Made by a program: the position numbers and the translations under genes. Source: Lingula anatina (lineage: Eukaryota; Animalia; Brachiopoda). From it: DNA of 64,000 bases. Positions within the stretch are counted from its first letter, which is position 1. Every line of letters begins with the position of its first letter. This document shows positions 25,187 through 37,721 of the stretch, piece by piece. The DNA lies in NCBI GenBank assembly GCA_051362555.1, contig CM120647.1, positions 15,600,651 to 15,664,650 of the forward strand, read 5' to 3'. The notes under the pieces were generated by a model. That model was not told the origin of the DNA, ran no database searches, and saw only the letters and a program-made list of their open reading frames with translations.

Positions 25187-25958
25187 GTGTTCAAATGTGC
25201 ACTGGGTCATGTAAAAGCACATAGGAATTCACCTGCACGCATGCGCATTAGCTGCATCTGTGTCTATGTTTCTGCTTGTCATTTTACAACGATTTTAGAA
25301 ATATAGTCAAAGAGTGTTCTGAAATGGTTATTTCCTTATGTCATTTTCAGCTTTGGTGTATTCTCAACCTGACAAAATGAGAAAAAGTAAAAACAACATT
25401 TATTCACATTTTTGACATTGGGAAAATTTGGTCTTGGTCAAATGCATTACAACACATCTTTAAACATATGATAATAATATATATAAGAGATTTCGAACCT
25501 GAGGCAAGGTTAAAGGAAAACTCGTCATCGCCATTGATGGGAGAACGGTCAGGGGCGCTACAACGAGGCATGCGCATTACTTCCAACGTTTTATCGTCTG
25601 CTTCACCAGAAATGGCAATGTGCATGCGCTTCTGGAAGTCTTGCAATGCTTCGCGGAACTCGGACGCAGTCGCAAGTTTGGAAGAGCTTAGATACCCGTG
25701 TTTTACCAAAAAGTCCTGGAAAAACCGAACGGTCGTTTTTCAAATAGGTTGATTGTCTTTAGGGTGAGGTATGGGCGAAGACGCGAGACAGTCAGATTTA
25801 AAGAGTGGTAGAGAGAGATAAAGAAGGAGAGAGAAAGGGAGAGGGAAAGAGCGGCAGCACATGCTACTCACCTGTGCAAACTGGACGTCAGACAAAGGTG
25901 CAGAACTTATATAACAAGCACCAATTGCAAGAAGCATTCCAATGTCTAGAAACCTCAT
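17770..25958 (-). CDS. Matrix metalloproteinase (M10A) with Cys-rich, 3x LDLa, 2x TSP1 and 2x EGF modules; ~743 aa
   Basis: Phase-consistent exons: 25958-25872 (signal), 25715-25499 (propeptide, PRCSAPD switch), 25130-25024, 24316-24163 (HGDLFPFD…AHAF), 23663-23592, 23319-23161 ([11 protein letters not shown], Met-turn AVMWP), 22733-22635, 21995-21864 (GC donor), LDLa 21507-21382, 21000-20878 and 20408-20283, 20061-19870 (least certain), TSP1 19494-19407 plus 19094-18991, TSP1 18820-18626, EGF 18284-18212 plus 17947-17770. Total 2232 nt with no internal stop. Confidence 0.85.
21236..21390. repeat. ~18-bp minisatellite at the donor of the first LDLa exon
   Basis: Degenerate units of CACCTGTGCTCACCGTCT (minus strand GTGAGCACAGGTGAGACG). 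Confidence 0.75.
24361..24765. mobile_element. Possible non-autonomous interspersed element in MMP intron 3
   Basis: ~400-bp block starting AACTAGATG, embedded between AAT-rich tracts; the 3' part GCACGGACGCAC…GATAACATGATCCC…GGATAATAA recalls Helentron-associated elements. Family not verified. Confidence 0.3.
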
Positions 25959-26955
25959 GTTTATCGTCCTTCTAAGCTTATTAAGCACGTGTTATTTTAC
26001 TAGAGACAATCGCATTCAATGTGTATGTGTCCTTATCGTGCTGCATGCAAACGTTGTTTATCTTAAGACAACTCACTTAACTGAAAGTCAACGTTGGCTG
26101 TGTTACCTATTCATATAACCATCTAATAGCACTTTCATAGCCATTACTTGTCACGCATGTTTACTTAATGGCCTTCTTCACAATCAAACACAAATTAGCT
26201 TTAAAATATTTCTAAGTAAACTATCACAATCATGAGTTTGCAAACTCCACTTACGAGATGAAAAGTTAGTCATTATTTTGCGTCAGCGACTTCATTTGGG
26301 GGGGAAACTTAATATTTTTTTCAGCCGAAATAAATCATGTATATCAATGACCAGTACATGTTGCACATGTAACATCTTAGTGACAGATTTAGCCTCGAAT
26401 AAATACAGCAAATATCTCCAAGAAATGGTGTATATATGAACTACTTGTACACTGTACTGCAATTGTTGGACATTTATATTGTGCGGTTCGTTGGCATGTC
26501 TTTGAAGTTTTCGGGTGAAAGGTTTTCTTTTTATTCAAAACGTGACAAATAGATGGCATTTTACTTTAGTGAAGGGGTAAGGACCCCGTGCATATAAAGT
26601 TATTTATTAATGTAATTAATTGATTAGTTTCTATTGTAATGTTTAAAGATGTGCATTATTTAGAAGGTATATCAGCTGGTCAGAAAGGTAAATTTATAAC
26701 GCCGTTTTGCTTAAGACACAATTAGCTTTGATGCATTACTGGTTGGAGCTTTTGTGGTTTCAATAACAAAGAATCAATTTGGACATAAAAAGAAAAGAAA
26801 GACAAAAAACTAAATTGACTGATTCATATACAAGTATATACAGAAAGTGCGCCCTTCCTTTCCATGGCTTTATACAAGGTTATGGTACAGCGTGAATTAA
26901 AGGGTCAAAATCTAGGACAGGGAAATTAAAATTTAATTATCTCCACAAATCAATG

Positions 26956-27133
26956 GGGACCGGTGTGACAGGAATGGCAGTCCGCTAGGAACCGTAGCCC
27001 CTTCCCCATTACTTTGCACAGGTGGCATTCGTCCCATATACTAATCCCAAACCTCCGACTAACCCTAACCTGTACTATTTATATGTGACCCCGGACTTAT
27101 TCCTAGGACCCCCATTCCTGTCACGCCGGTCCC
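26956..27133. mobile_element. MITE (~180 bp)
   Basis: TIRs GGGACCGGTGTGACAGGAATGG / CCATTCCTGTCACGCCGGTCCC; internal CTAACCCTAACC motif; TG on both flanks. Confidence 0.75.
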
Positions 27134-27715
27134 TGGATGTCAGGGAGCTCTCTCGTGCATGACGCCGGTCAGCATGTCTCTCTGAACCGAGAACACAGGT
27201 ACCCAACACACGAAGTGGTAATATTAAGATATTCAATTTATCTTATGACTTTTTTGAAATTTGTTTCTCGAATTCAAATATCATCATTAGTCATCTGTTA
27301 TTTATACATGTTATTCTTGCTAAATATTTTTATCTTAAAAAGTCGGATTAAAAGTATCCGGCATTAGGTTTTTCTGAGTCAGCTTGCTTTAATATTTTCT
27401 AAATGTCAAGATGAAGAAGATTAAACCACTTTTAGTGTAATTGGAAAGAACTTTTGAAAAAATAATCTAACGAGCATTTTTCACAATAAGACGCTATACA
27501 GCGACTACAGTGCACATTTGTTTATATGTTCTTGAAGTATTGTAACATATTTGATCTGTAAGTTTTCGCCAGCTTTTGAATAGTTCACCAGTTGCATGTC
27601 CATCGGTGTATATTTCAATTTCTCGAATTCACATAAATACTTAAATGGCGCTCATATGATAAAGCGAACCAAAGTTTATTCGCGCGTCTACACCGCCTGT
27701 TTTCCTTTACTTAAG

Positions 27716-30700
27716 CTTCGTTCCGCAGCAGTTTAGCACAGCATTTGTTCAGGAGGGACCAAGGATGCCCGCAAGCCTGGGGGAAAAGTTCCAACTTCAG
27801 ATTATACACAAGGTGATTGGTCTCAGTTTCCCTGATTATTGATTATGAAGAAAAGTGTTGTTAAGTACCAGGAGTAGCATCCTTCTATTTTCTTTTTCAA
27901 AATTGTCCCTATCCATTTTTAAATTCATGAGACGTTCATATCTACGTCTTACATTTCATATTGCTATCATTTACTGCATTTCTGATCATAAGGATATACT
28001 GTATCACATTGGAAAAAATAATATTTTGAGAATTAAGCATGAATATATGCACCCCTTAACTGAATTGAACATTTCTAGGTTGTAGAATTATATTGAAGCA
28101 CGCCTTTATGTCATCAAATCGTTTTAGGAAAAACACCGATGGAGCGTGCGTGACCGTGGACGCCTCGACGTTCACTAAGGCCGGGTTTGACACCTCTAAG
28201 AATACCTACATCTTCTCCCACGGCTGGCAGGGTTCTGGGCGGGAAACATTTACTGCTCCCATGGTGAAGGCTCTGTTGAAAAGAGTGCGTATTCTTGGCT
28301 GTTCTGTGTGGCGTGCAATTATTTTGTTCATGTTTTAATGCATGTTTACCTGATTGACTTTCTGTCTAACGGTCATTCTGTCTGTCTGCTTGTCTGCCTG
28401 TCTGTCTGCCTGTGTCTGACTGTCTGCCTGTCTGTCTGCCTGTGTCTGACTGTCTGCTGTCTGTCTGCCTGTGTTTGACTGTCTGCCTGTCTGTCCATCC
28501 TTCCGTCTGCCTTGTGTGTGTTAGTCTCCTTATGCATATAAACACATACATCTACAGTAAACAAGTGCACTATTTATTTAGATGTACTGTATCTAAGATA
28601 TTTGGATTTTTCTGTATAGGAAAACGCCAATGTGATAGTGGTGGACTGGGCATCAGGAGCCAAGACGCCGAATCTGCTCGCTGCGGCTGCGTCATCAAAC
28701 GCAGTGGGCGGTGACGTCGGCTGGCTCGTGGGTACCATGACAACCATGGGTCAAAGTCCAAAACGTATCACTCTGATTGGCCACTCTCTTGGGGCCAATG
28801 TCATGAAGGTGGCTGGTTTGGGACTTATTAATGTGGGCAACATAAAAGTTGGGCAGCTTGTAGGTGGGTTAGCCTACCTGTATATAGCACGATGGAAATA
28901 CAACAAGAAGTTATCTTGTCACAAGTCTTTGATATCCTGGATATGGAAAAAAGTTAACATGATACATGATTTGATCAGATATCATAGCAAACCATTAAGT
29001 GTATATCGAGTCTTTTTTTCTCTTAATTACAATTCTTTTCAGCACATGAGCGCCCTTTTCCGAACGTAAATACAGGCGAAAATATGCATGAGAGAGAGAG
29101 AGAGATCTCAATGTTCAAATTGTAGAAAAATCTGAATTGGATTTTGTTTTTATTAGCACTGGACCCTGTCGCTGGCATATATACAGGAGCCGCAGACTTG
29201 GTGCAAGTGATACATACCAGTTCTGTCGCTGCTCTTGCTGCAGGTAAGAGATTCTCCGTACATTACATGCTTGTGACCAGGGATCATAGTAGTATTTTTT
29301 TCTGGAAAAAAAAACACTTTATATCTCTACTGTTGATCCAACACGAAAATTAGCATTAAATCAAGATCCGCTCAGTCTGCAACTGAATATATTGCATCCT
29401 TTTTTAAATCTACGTCTCTGCCCGCTTGCCGTCTGTTAGTTTCTCCATTTGAAATTTTGATTACTAAACGAGTTAAATCCCTGCATTGCGTTTGTATTAC
29501 CAGGCGACATTGATTTTTACATCAACAACGGAGCCATTGAAGCGAACCAAGTTACAGCCCATATGAAAGCCATTGATATTTATGTGAAGTCTGTGAACGG
29601 CGGGTGTGCCTTTAAAGCCTGTAATGCAGCCGGGTATGTACCATAAAAGGTTGATGGTGATATATAATCATAAGTATTAATGGAAACATTCTGATGATTA
29701 CCAACTTACGTTTGTTTATCATGGCTCTAATTATAATTTAGTTATAAAATGATACATCCAAAATAGAAATTTAATCAGCTTTGTTATATGCTATTGGAAG
29801 TTACATGCTATGATTATATAACTTTACGTCATAGTTAATTATTTAATTTAAATATGAACGCAATCCTTTTTCTCTGTCTTGAGGACTGATCATTTTGTCA
29901 TCACATCTGTTTTATTTAAGTACAGAGGGCGGTTCTCTTACTCCTTTAATGCCCAACACGATTCTTTTTGGCTTCGTTACGTCTTTAAAAGACACGAGGA
30001 AGATGTTAAATTAACTACCACATAACTCTAGACCTACATGTTTATGTAGATATTGTAGGTGAGAATGGTGTAGGTGAGACAGCTATTCGTGTAATTGCGT
30101 CTGCTTGCAATCATTACAAAAAAGCATTCAACCTTTTATTGTTTCCATTTTCCTTTTGGGAAAATAATTTTGTGACTCTGAATTACTGAATTAATGAATA
30201 TATCATGATTTTCTGGATTCTTTTAAATGTACGCTCGATCCTTCTTGAGATGATCCCCTCCCCTTCAATTACGTCTTAATGTGTCCGTCCATGGCCTGAT
30301 TTCATAAAAGTGTCATTAAACACTAGTGTGATTTCCTTTAGCGTATTACTTAACAATTAGAAAGAAAGAAATGAAGGAATAAAAGAAAATATCGGACAAT
30401 TTATTATTACCAAAGCAAGGCAGCACAAACGCTCCTCGTTGTTGCCGTGTTCTTAAAGAGAAACAGAGGGAATATATACAGTGATTAAAAACGGTGACCC
30501 CGTCCTTTGTGGAGGGGAGGGGGGGAGAAAGAGTAAATATTTATAGTACTTGAAAAAGGTGACCTTGTGCTCTTGGAGAGAAAGAAGAAAGAAGGGGACT
30601 ATTTATAGCCATTGAATTGGTGTTTGTGCTTTCCAGAGTAACATTGAAAAAATCAATGCACTGTGTATCAAAAACGTTTTAAATTCGTTCTAAGCAGCAG

Positions 30701-31166
30701 ACCGAATATATGTAACGTAATATGAACGTTTGTCATATAATCATTCATTTACCAAGCGTTTCCCCCTTTAAAATTCCACCTTTCAATTAAAGAGCCTTTG
30801 ATTGTCAATCAATGAAGTTTAAACCTATTTAATACAATGCAATTTGTGTACCTTTTTAGTGTTACTTAGGAATGGCATTTGACTTTTGGGACTTTTACAG
30901 CAATCTTAAGTAAATTCCGAAATTATATTTAAAAAAAATTATTCTTCTACTTGGAATCTTATTTCAGAAAAAAAAACATTTGAGGTTCAAGAAGTTTTAA
31001 AGCAATTCAACAAAAGAAAATAAGATTTTGATACCGTTGAAATACTTCATGTTTTTTATTTGTCTTTTGTTTCAGTGGGTGTAACAAGGTCGGCTACGGC
31101 GTGAACGCCAAAGGAACCAAGGGGCGTTTAGATCTCAGTGTTCCAAACACATCCACATTCTGTTAA
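27716..31166 (+). CDS. Pancreatic-lipase family enzyme, lidless and PLA1-like; start and signal exon not located
   Basis: Exons 27716-27812 (FRLYTR), 28128-28284 (FSHGW), 28620-28863 (NVIVVDW; GHSLG nucleophile), 29157-29243 (LDP catalytic Asp; VIHT), 29504-29633 (DFYINNG…AHMKA catalytic His) and 31076-31166 (CNKVGY…TFC*). Phases are consistent. Confidence 0.85.
28372..28510. repeat. Degenerate (TCTG/CCTG)n microsatellite in a lipase intron
   Basis: TCTGTCTGCCTGTGTCTGAC-type units seen directly. Confidence 0.85.
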
Positions 31167-32597
31167 AGTAACGACAAACCCTCTTTCTGCCAATAAATTG
31201 CACAATTGCTTTTATTTTCATCCTTTTGCTGTAGAGTAGGTAAACCGTATGAAAACACGTGGAATCGTTCCATCTAGTGATAAAATGAATATGACATTGA
31301 CACAATCGGGAGGTTGACACAGGGTGTTTGCAATGCACAAATTAAGCCTCCACGGTTGAATACTTATTGATCACCCCCAACAATTACATAGCAAAGCGAT
31401 TGACGAAATGTAACAATAAGGATAATAATAACTAGAATATGCATGCAACAATTATTGGTTCGCCTGTCATAATATTAGGACACATGTTTAAATAATGAAT
31501 GGCTTTTGGCCATTGTTTTGCTCCATGGAAACTTTCCACGTTTTTCTATTTAAAAAAAATCCGTCGTTTTACAGATGACCTGTAAGACATTTACAGTTCA
31601 TAACGCTTCAAGCGGAAAGACGCAAGTATTAAAACGTAATATTGTCGACTAACATGAGCCTGTTTTCAATACAAACATGTATACCGTATAATTATAAGTT
31701 ATTCTATGCTGTTTTATTGACAGAAGGGTTTCGTTGCTCCTTTTTTTCCTATGAAGAATCAAATAAAATGCAAACCTGTTCGGTAAAATGAGACAGAATT
31801 ATCTAGCTGGGGTCATTCATTTCAGGCTTATCAAGAGAACACATTTGCTCACAGTTCTCACCCGGTGAGTAATTTATTGCAGAAACACAATGTCCGAGGA
31901 CGGAACGACGTTCTTTGAGCCTCGATACTTAACCCTACCAAGCACCTGTGTCACGCAATGGAGTTAGCAATGCATAGGAAATCCAACCCCCTAAATATAT
32001 TACCTGGGCAATTTTCGACAAGCATTTCTTTATGAATGGGAACATTTCCCCAAAACAGATTTCCCTGCCCTTGAAGGCTGCCTCGCCGCCTACAGGAGAT
32101 AATTGCAATACGCGGTAGACGCGCTCGCCATAAGACACGTGACCTTTAACCATCACATACTGATGCTTATGATTCGTAAAATTTGTGAAATATGGCTGAG
32201 CCGTTTGAATATTACGTTTTTTTTTTTAACCTTGTGGAAAACAGTGTGGAATATCAGATTTTCAAGATTTGAGAGATAGAATGCTCTACATTTTAATAAA
32301 CGGCATAAAACATGAATATTTTCAATTGGCAATGTTTGTGCCATGAGTCATAGATAGCGCATCTGGAATGAACATCACTATTTACAATGGTTTACAACTG
32401 TGGTATGGTCGTTCGTAACAAAAAAAAAAAAAAAGTGGAATCAACCTTTTTTACCACGATAGTATTAGGTATACTGCTCCTACCGCCGATCACGCCCCCT
32501 ACACCGCATTTTAGTGAAGTCCTGAATTCACTCGTGACTGACACATCTTTTCGCTTAAAAATCCCAATGTAACCAAAATTGAACACGAATTACACTG

Positions 32598-34985
32598 TCA
32601 CAATTTCGCGCCGAAAAATTTCCAAATGCTCAACCCAAGAAAGAAATCCAGTATCTCTGCTACGGTCATAAGCGTGCTGCCCAGAATGAGGCCAAGAGCG
32701 CCCCCTATATCCGCCAGCAGAGTGAGCGTGCTGTACGCTTCCTGTTGAATCACTTCCTCGTAGCTCATTTCTTTGTAGTACAGGTACACGGCCAAGTAGT
32801 TCTTTTCCACATAGGTCTGGGTAGTGTTTAAGAAGACAGCAGCGGCTTGAGCCGACACATCAGAGACTAGCCCGGTCGTTACAGAGTACTCGAAGTAGAA
32901 CGTCTCGCAAGCCTCCGTGCATGCGCAGTTCTTCATGATCTGTGAGACGTTGGTGAGAAGGGGTCCCCAACACGTGTTGACGTCAATGGGTGAGCATTCC
33001 CTAAGGCCAGGTACTTCAGGGTAATAAACCAATCGACAGCCGCATTTCTCTATAGTTTTGTTGTGTCTATAATGGAAATAAAGACGAACTGGAGATAGAG
33101 TACATCTAGACAAAAGATGGAAAAGGCAACCGTGATACGGTAACTAATTTTACAGTTACCCGTGCTTAAGGTTCTTACTTTTCAACAAAGTAGGATATAG
33201 ATTTGACTTAGAATATGTTTATTCGAGACAAAGGGCAGCTATATAAACACTGTTAAACCTGATCTACTATTATACATATACTACTGCCGGTGTCAAAGCT
33301 GTTTCTAGGTCTGAAGCGATGTTAAATGTAACACACACTGGTGCTAAATTTACTTGTGGTCTATCCGTCTATCTACAGGCGATTTGTGGGGGCACATTTG
33401 CCATCTAATGCACAATAAGAATATGGGATTTATCAATATAATACATGCGCCTGAATAGGGCAAATTGACAATTAGTGTATGCGAACAACAGCGTTTTGTG
33501 AAAAAAAATCGAATTTTACAATGTAATTGTGTGAGAAGGACAAGTATTGCTTCTACTAGTACTCACAAGCACTCTGCCTGACAGTTGATTTTACTGTAGT
33601 GTGGGAAATAAGCCAGTTGCTTATCCGCACATTGCCCGTGGGGCTGTGGTAGATTTTTCACCTGCAGTTATGAAAAAAAAGTACATATTAATAGATAAAC
33701 AATATATATACTGCGTAGTGTTACATATTTCATTCATACAAAGTTTTTGTAGAGCGTTTTTTTCCTTTATAAAAAAGTAAATCAATAATTAAAATAAAAT
33801 GATATAAAATAAAACGAAGAAGAAAGGAATCTAAAAACCGGTATACCTCAAGACATGGTATTCTTAAAAAGTGTGACATGTGACCTTTGGAAAACAATAC
33901 GTGTATGGTTAGTACCACCTCTGTTCCATAAGGCATCTTGCTCTCGGTGATGTGAAAATGTATAGTTAATTAAAAATACTATAATATAAGTTAAGCAGAC
34001 TCAACAGTTCTTGTCGTGTATGTTTTGAAAGGTCCATTCGTCAAATACCGCATGCTTAGATAATTCACTGAATTATAAAACAGAATTATTTGTCCGAAAA
34101 TTCCAAGCAGCCCCTCGAAGTTGAATTTTTACTCAGATCGTCATATTACAACAAGAAATGCAGAGTGACTGTTTTCATTGCGATTGATGAATGCATTATA
34201 TATTGAAAATTATACTTAGTGCGTTACAATACTATTTGATAAACACACACACGCACGCACGCACGCACACACGCACACACACACATTTATACTCACATAT
34301 TTCTGTTTTATGGCGACATTAGCGCTGCCCCCGGGGGCAACCTGGAAACCTTGGGTGACGACGTTAGGGTGATCCTTAGAATTGTGCAGGAGGATCTAGA
34401 ATCACACAGTGTGAGCAGTAAAATATACTAAAAAACTCTTTGAAATAAATATAATTCTAGTTTTTACGAGGAATTCCATGACACTTTCACCCATGTCTGA
34501 TTTCTTTTTTTCATGATTTTTATTTAGACGATCAGTGAGTCAATGTAGACCAAATTCCGACTGAATTTGTTCGACTGACCGTGGTTCTTTCAGAAAAACT
34601 TACCATGATTACATACTAGTGCTAGTAGCCATAAAATCAACTATTATGAAGCATAATCTGCATACACTGAATTAAAACAATATTTCACGATATTGATTTA
34701 ATACAGTAGTTTTAACTCATTGATTTCAAGCCTTTTTATAACTATAATACAAAAAGTTATGAGAGCATCCAAGCTGTCAATATGTAAGTCTGTTTATTCA
34801 TAATAAGCCTCCTAATGCGTTGAATTAATTATCAATTAAAGGATGCAAAATACTATGTGACGGCGGGTATACGGAGATGAGGATATTTGTCTTTCCTTCC
34901 ATCATTTGCCTTTCTTTTTCCTTTTGTCTTACAAGTGAAATTTAACTTAATCAAAACGTTCAAGATGATCCAGATCACAGCTGAA

Positions 34986-35017
<32 letters not shown>

Positions 35018-36276
35018 GAGAAGGGGGAGGCAAATGTTGTTAACCTGTATTTCTCTTCGGGCAACTGTACACCCACCGACTTAATAGCTATCGAAATAGC
35101 CGGGTATAAATCCATTGAACCTAGAGCGTTTAGTAGGTGAAAATGCATCTAGAAAGTATCACGCATGCGCTCTAATTACCCTATATTCTACAATATACGA
35201 AGCCACTAAGAATGAGTTCTAGACTCAAGCCCCCGTCACACTTATTCGGAATCAGCAGGAATGAAGAACAATGAGCCTGAACGAAGAATTCTTAAAATTC
35301 GCGCAATATTCGGGGAAAAATTTAAAATTGACCTTAATTATTGTAAGAGTACCGTTGGAATACTCAGAATGCGCTTGAATTTGCTAGGAATGATGAGTGC
35401 ACTTTCGACTGTATTAGCTCTCAAAAGCAGTTAGGAATATTTAAAATGCTGTCAGAAGGTAATAAGAATATTTAGAATACACTTTGAACGGCGCACTAGT
35501 GCAGTTCGATTGCTGGCAACAATATTTCAGCTCAGCCGAGGCACATTCGAAACATTCTGGCGGGGTATAAAATCCCCGTCACACTAGAGGCGGAATGATT
35601 AAGAATGGCGTCTGAAATAAAATTCCAGGATATTCGAAGGATATTCGAAGAGCATTCTAAAAACATCCTAAAAATCCTGAGTGCATTCCAAATATATTTA
35701 CCCATTCTTGTGGCCGGCTCGAATGTTTTTGTCATGTCAAAAACTTTCGAAGTGCATTCCAAGAGGAAATTTATCGAATGACATTTGAACAGTATTCTAA
35801 CTGCATTATGACTGCATTCTTAATATTCTCACGGCATTCCGGCAGCATTCGAAACATTATGGTAAAAATGACTCCAAGGTATATTTAATATTAACAAGCT
35901 AATTTTTACGTTGCTCTGACACTCAGGGTACCTCTACTGTGACGGGGGTATTACCGTATATTCTACAATATAACGAGGCCACTAAGAATGAGTTCTATAC
36001 TTACCGTATACCCTGCAATATACGAGCCGACTAGATATTCTTCCTGCTTCGTCATGAAGCTTATCATCAACCCATATAGTGACCCCTCGACGTCAGATCG
36101 CTTTCCTTCATCACCTGTTTTAATAGGAAATGACTATTTGATTTCTAAACCCCGTAAGTGTTATTATATGTTAATGTAGTATGATAATGTTTTATTTGAT
36201 GTAAAATTCAATGCCGCTTATTGATTACAAAGTATTTTAGCGCGTGTGGGTGCGGATGTGTGTGTGTTGTGTGTGT

Positions 36277-36321
<45 letters not shown>

Positions 36322-37721
36322 GAGAGAGGCTATTCATGGCCCCAACAATACACTGAGTATTTTTTTCTTACCTGAGTTAAACTGATAGCAGACGCCATGT
36401 TCGGTGATGACCGGCTTCAATACATTGGCTTGACAAGGCGAAGATTTCCAAAAGCAAAACTAGAATGACAAAAAATGTTTTAAAACGATCATTTATTGTG
36501 TCACGTCACTTCACACAACAACAACAACAACAACAACAACAAAAAACAACAGCAACAATAATGACAAAATGATAAATTAAACGAGTGTTCTAAGCATAGG
36601 CTATAAGTGTAGCCTCTTAGAAAGAATAATTGCCTCTTGCACCATTATCAAAACAAAACCATTGACAAGTTGCCTCCACGTTTACTTGCAAAAGTACGGT
36701 GACTATAGCCTAAAAGGCATGTTGACTTTATTTAGACCCCAACGCACACCATTCAATATCTATTTTCTCAAATAATTCGTGCAATAAGTTATTTGTAATT
36801 AAGAAAAAGCAGACGACGTTAAATGATTTTTGGCTATAGAGGAGCCTAGCAATTTATATCGGAGATACACCCTTTAAGTAATTATGTGAAGCATGAGAAA
36901 GAGAGAGGGAGATTAAATGCAGGAACATTTTATCGACCTCATGATTTAACAAAATACCCAAAAGCTGAAAAACGCGACATCTATTGCGATAGTCTCATTG
37001 GCGTTCATTTTCTCTCTTCTTTAACATTTCTACACAGTGATTGAATTTGTTTTTATGTAGACCGACAAAATACAGATGTCTATGGATGTAGTATATTATA
37101 TATTATACATGTATATATGACGTCACTTACCCCTCCGAAAACGTCCATGACAGAATAGCCATTTCTGTAGTAAAAATCCGTCCAGTTAAAACCGGTGAAG
37201 TTATAAGCACTCCAATTTGGATATGAATCGAAAGAAGGATAAAATAAATCCCCTATATATGTTTCATTGTTTGCAGCCAATTTGCTTTTGAGGAACACGT
37301 TATTGTTACAAATTGTCACTGTGGGGAAAAGCAGCGATCCGTCGTAGTTGACCCGTATGTTCACCGAGGCCGGGTTACTGAAATAATAATCGAGTCTGTT
37401 CCACAGATGATAAATAAGAAATCCAGTTCCCGCCAACACAAAACACAGCCACGTGGCCCGTCGAAAGAGCGAAAATTTCGGATTCACGATTTGCTTCATA
37501 CCCAAGATGCTGACATCGTTGGCAAAACTGGACAATTCTGAGCTGAGTGAGAATTCGTCGTCTCCGTCCTTCTCTGCTTTGAACTGTTTCACAATATCGC
37601 GGGAATTCTGTTTCTGCTTTCCTCTGTTGTACACATTGAATGAAATGAGACCGTCGTCGGTAAAGGCCTGCTTTCTTTCACTTGTTCTGTAGTCCACGGA
37701 GAAGGGATCGACTTGACTCAT
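32598..37721 (-). CDS. DEG/ENaC/ASIC-family ion channel subunit, ~483 aa
   Basis: Exons 37721-37131 (TM1, FPTVTICNNN), 36459-36372 (GVCYQFN), 36114-36005, 34395-34297, 33661-33567 and 33066-32598 (Cys-rich thumb; TM2 LLADIGGALGLILGSTLMTVAE). Total 1452 nt in frame. Confidence 0.92.
35227..35951. mobile_element. Non-autonomous TIR element (possibly PIF/Harbinger-like) in a channel intron
   Basis: CCCCCGTCACA at ~35230 and TGTGACGGGGG at 35938-35948, with an internal TIR-like copy at ~35574; no coding capacity. Confidence 0.65.

Noticed and set aside
27058-27070. CTAACCCTAACC telomere-like repeat
   Set aside because: Only two units, internal to a MITE; not an interstitial telomere array.
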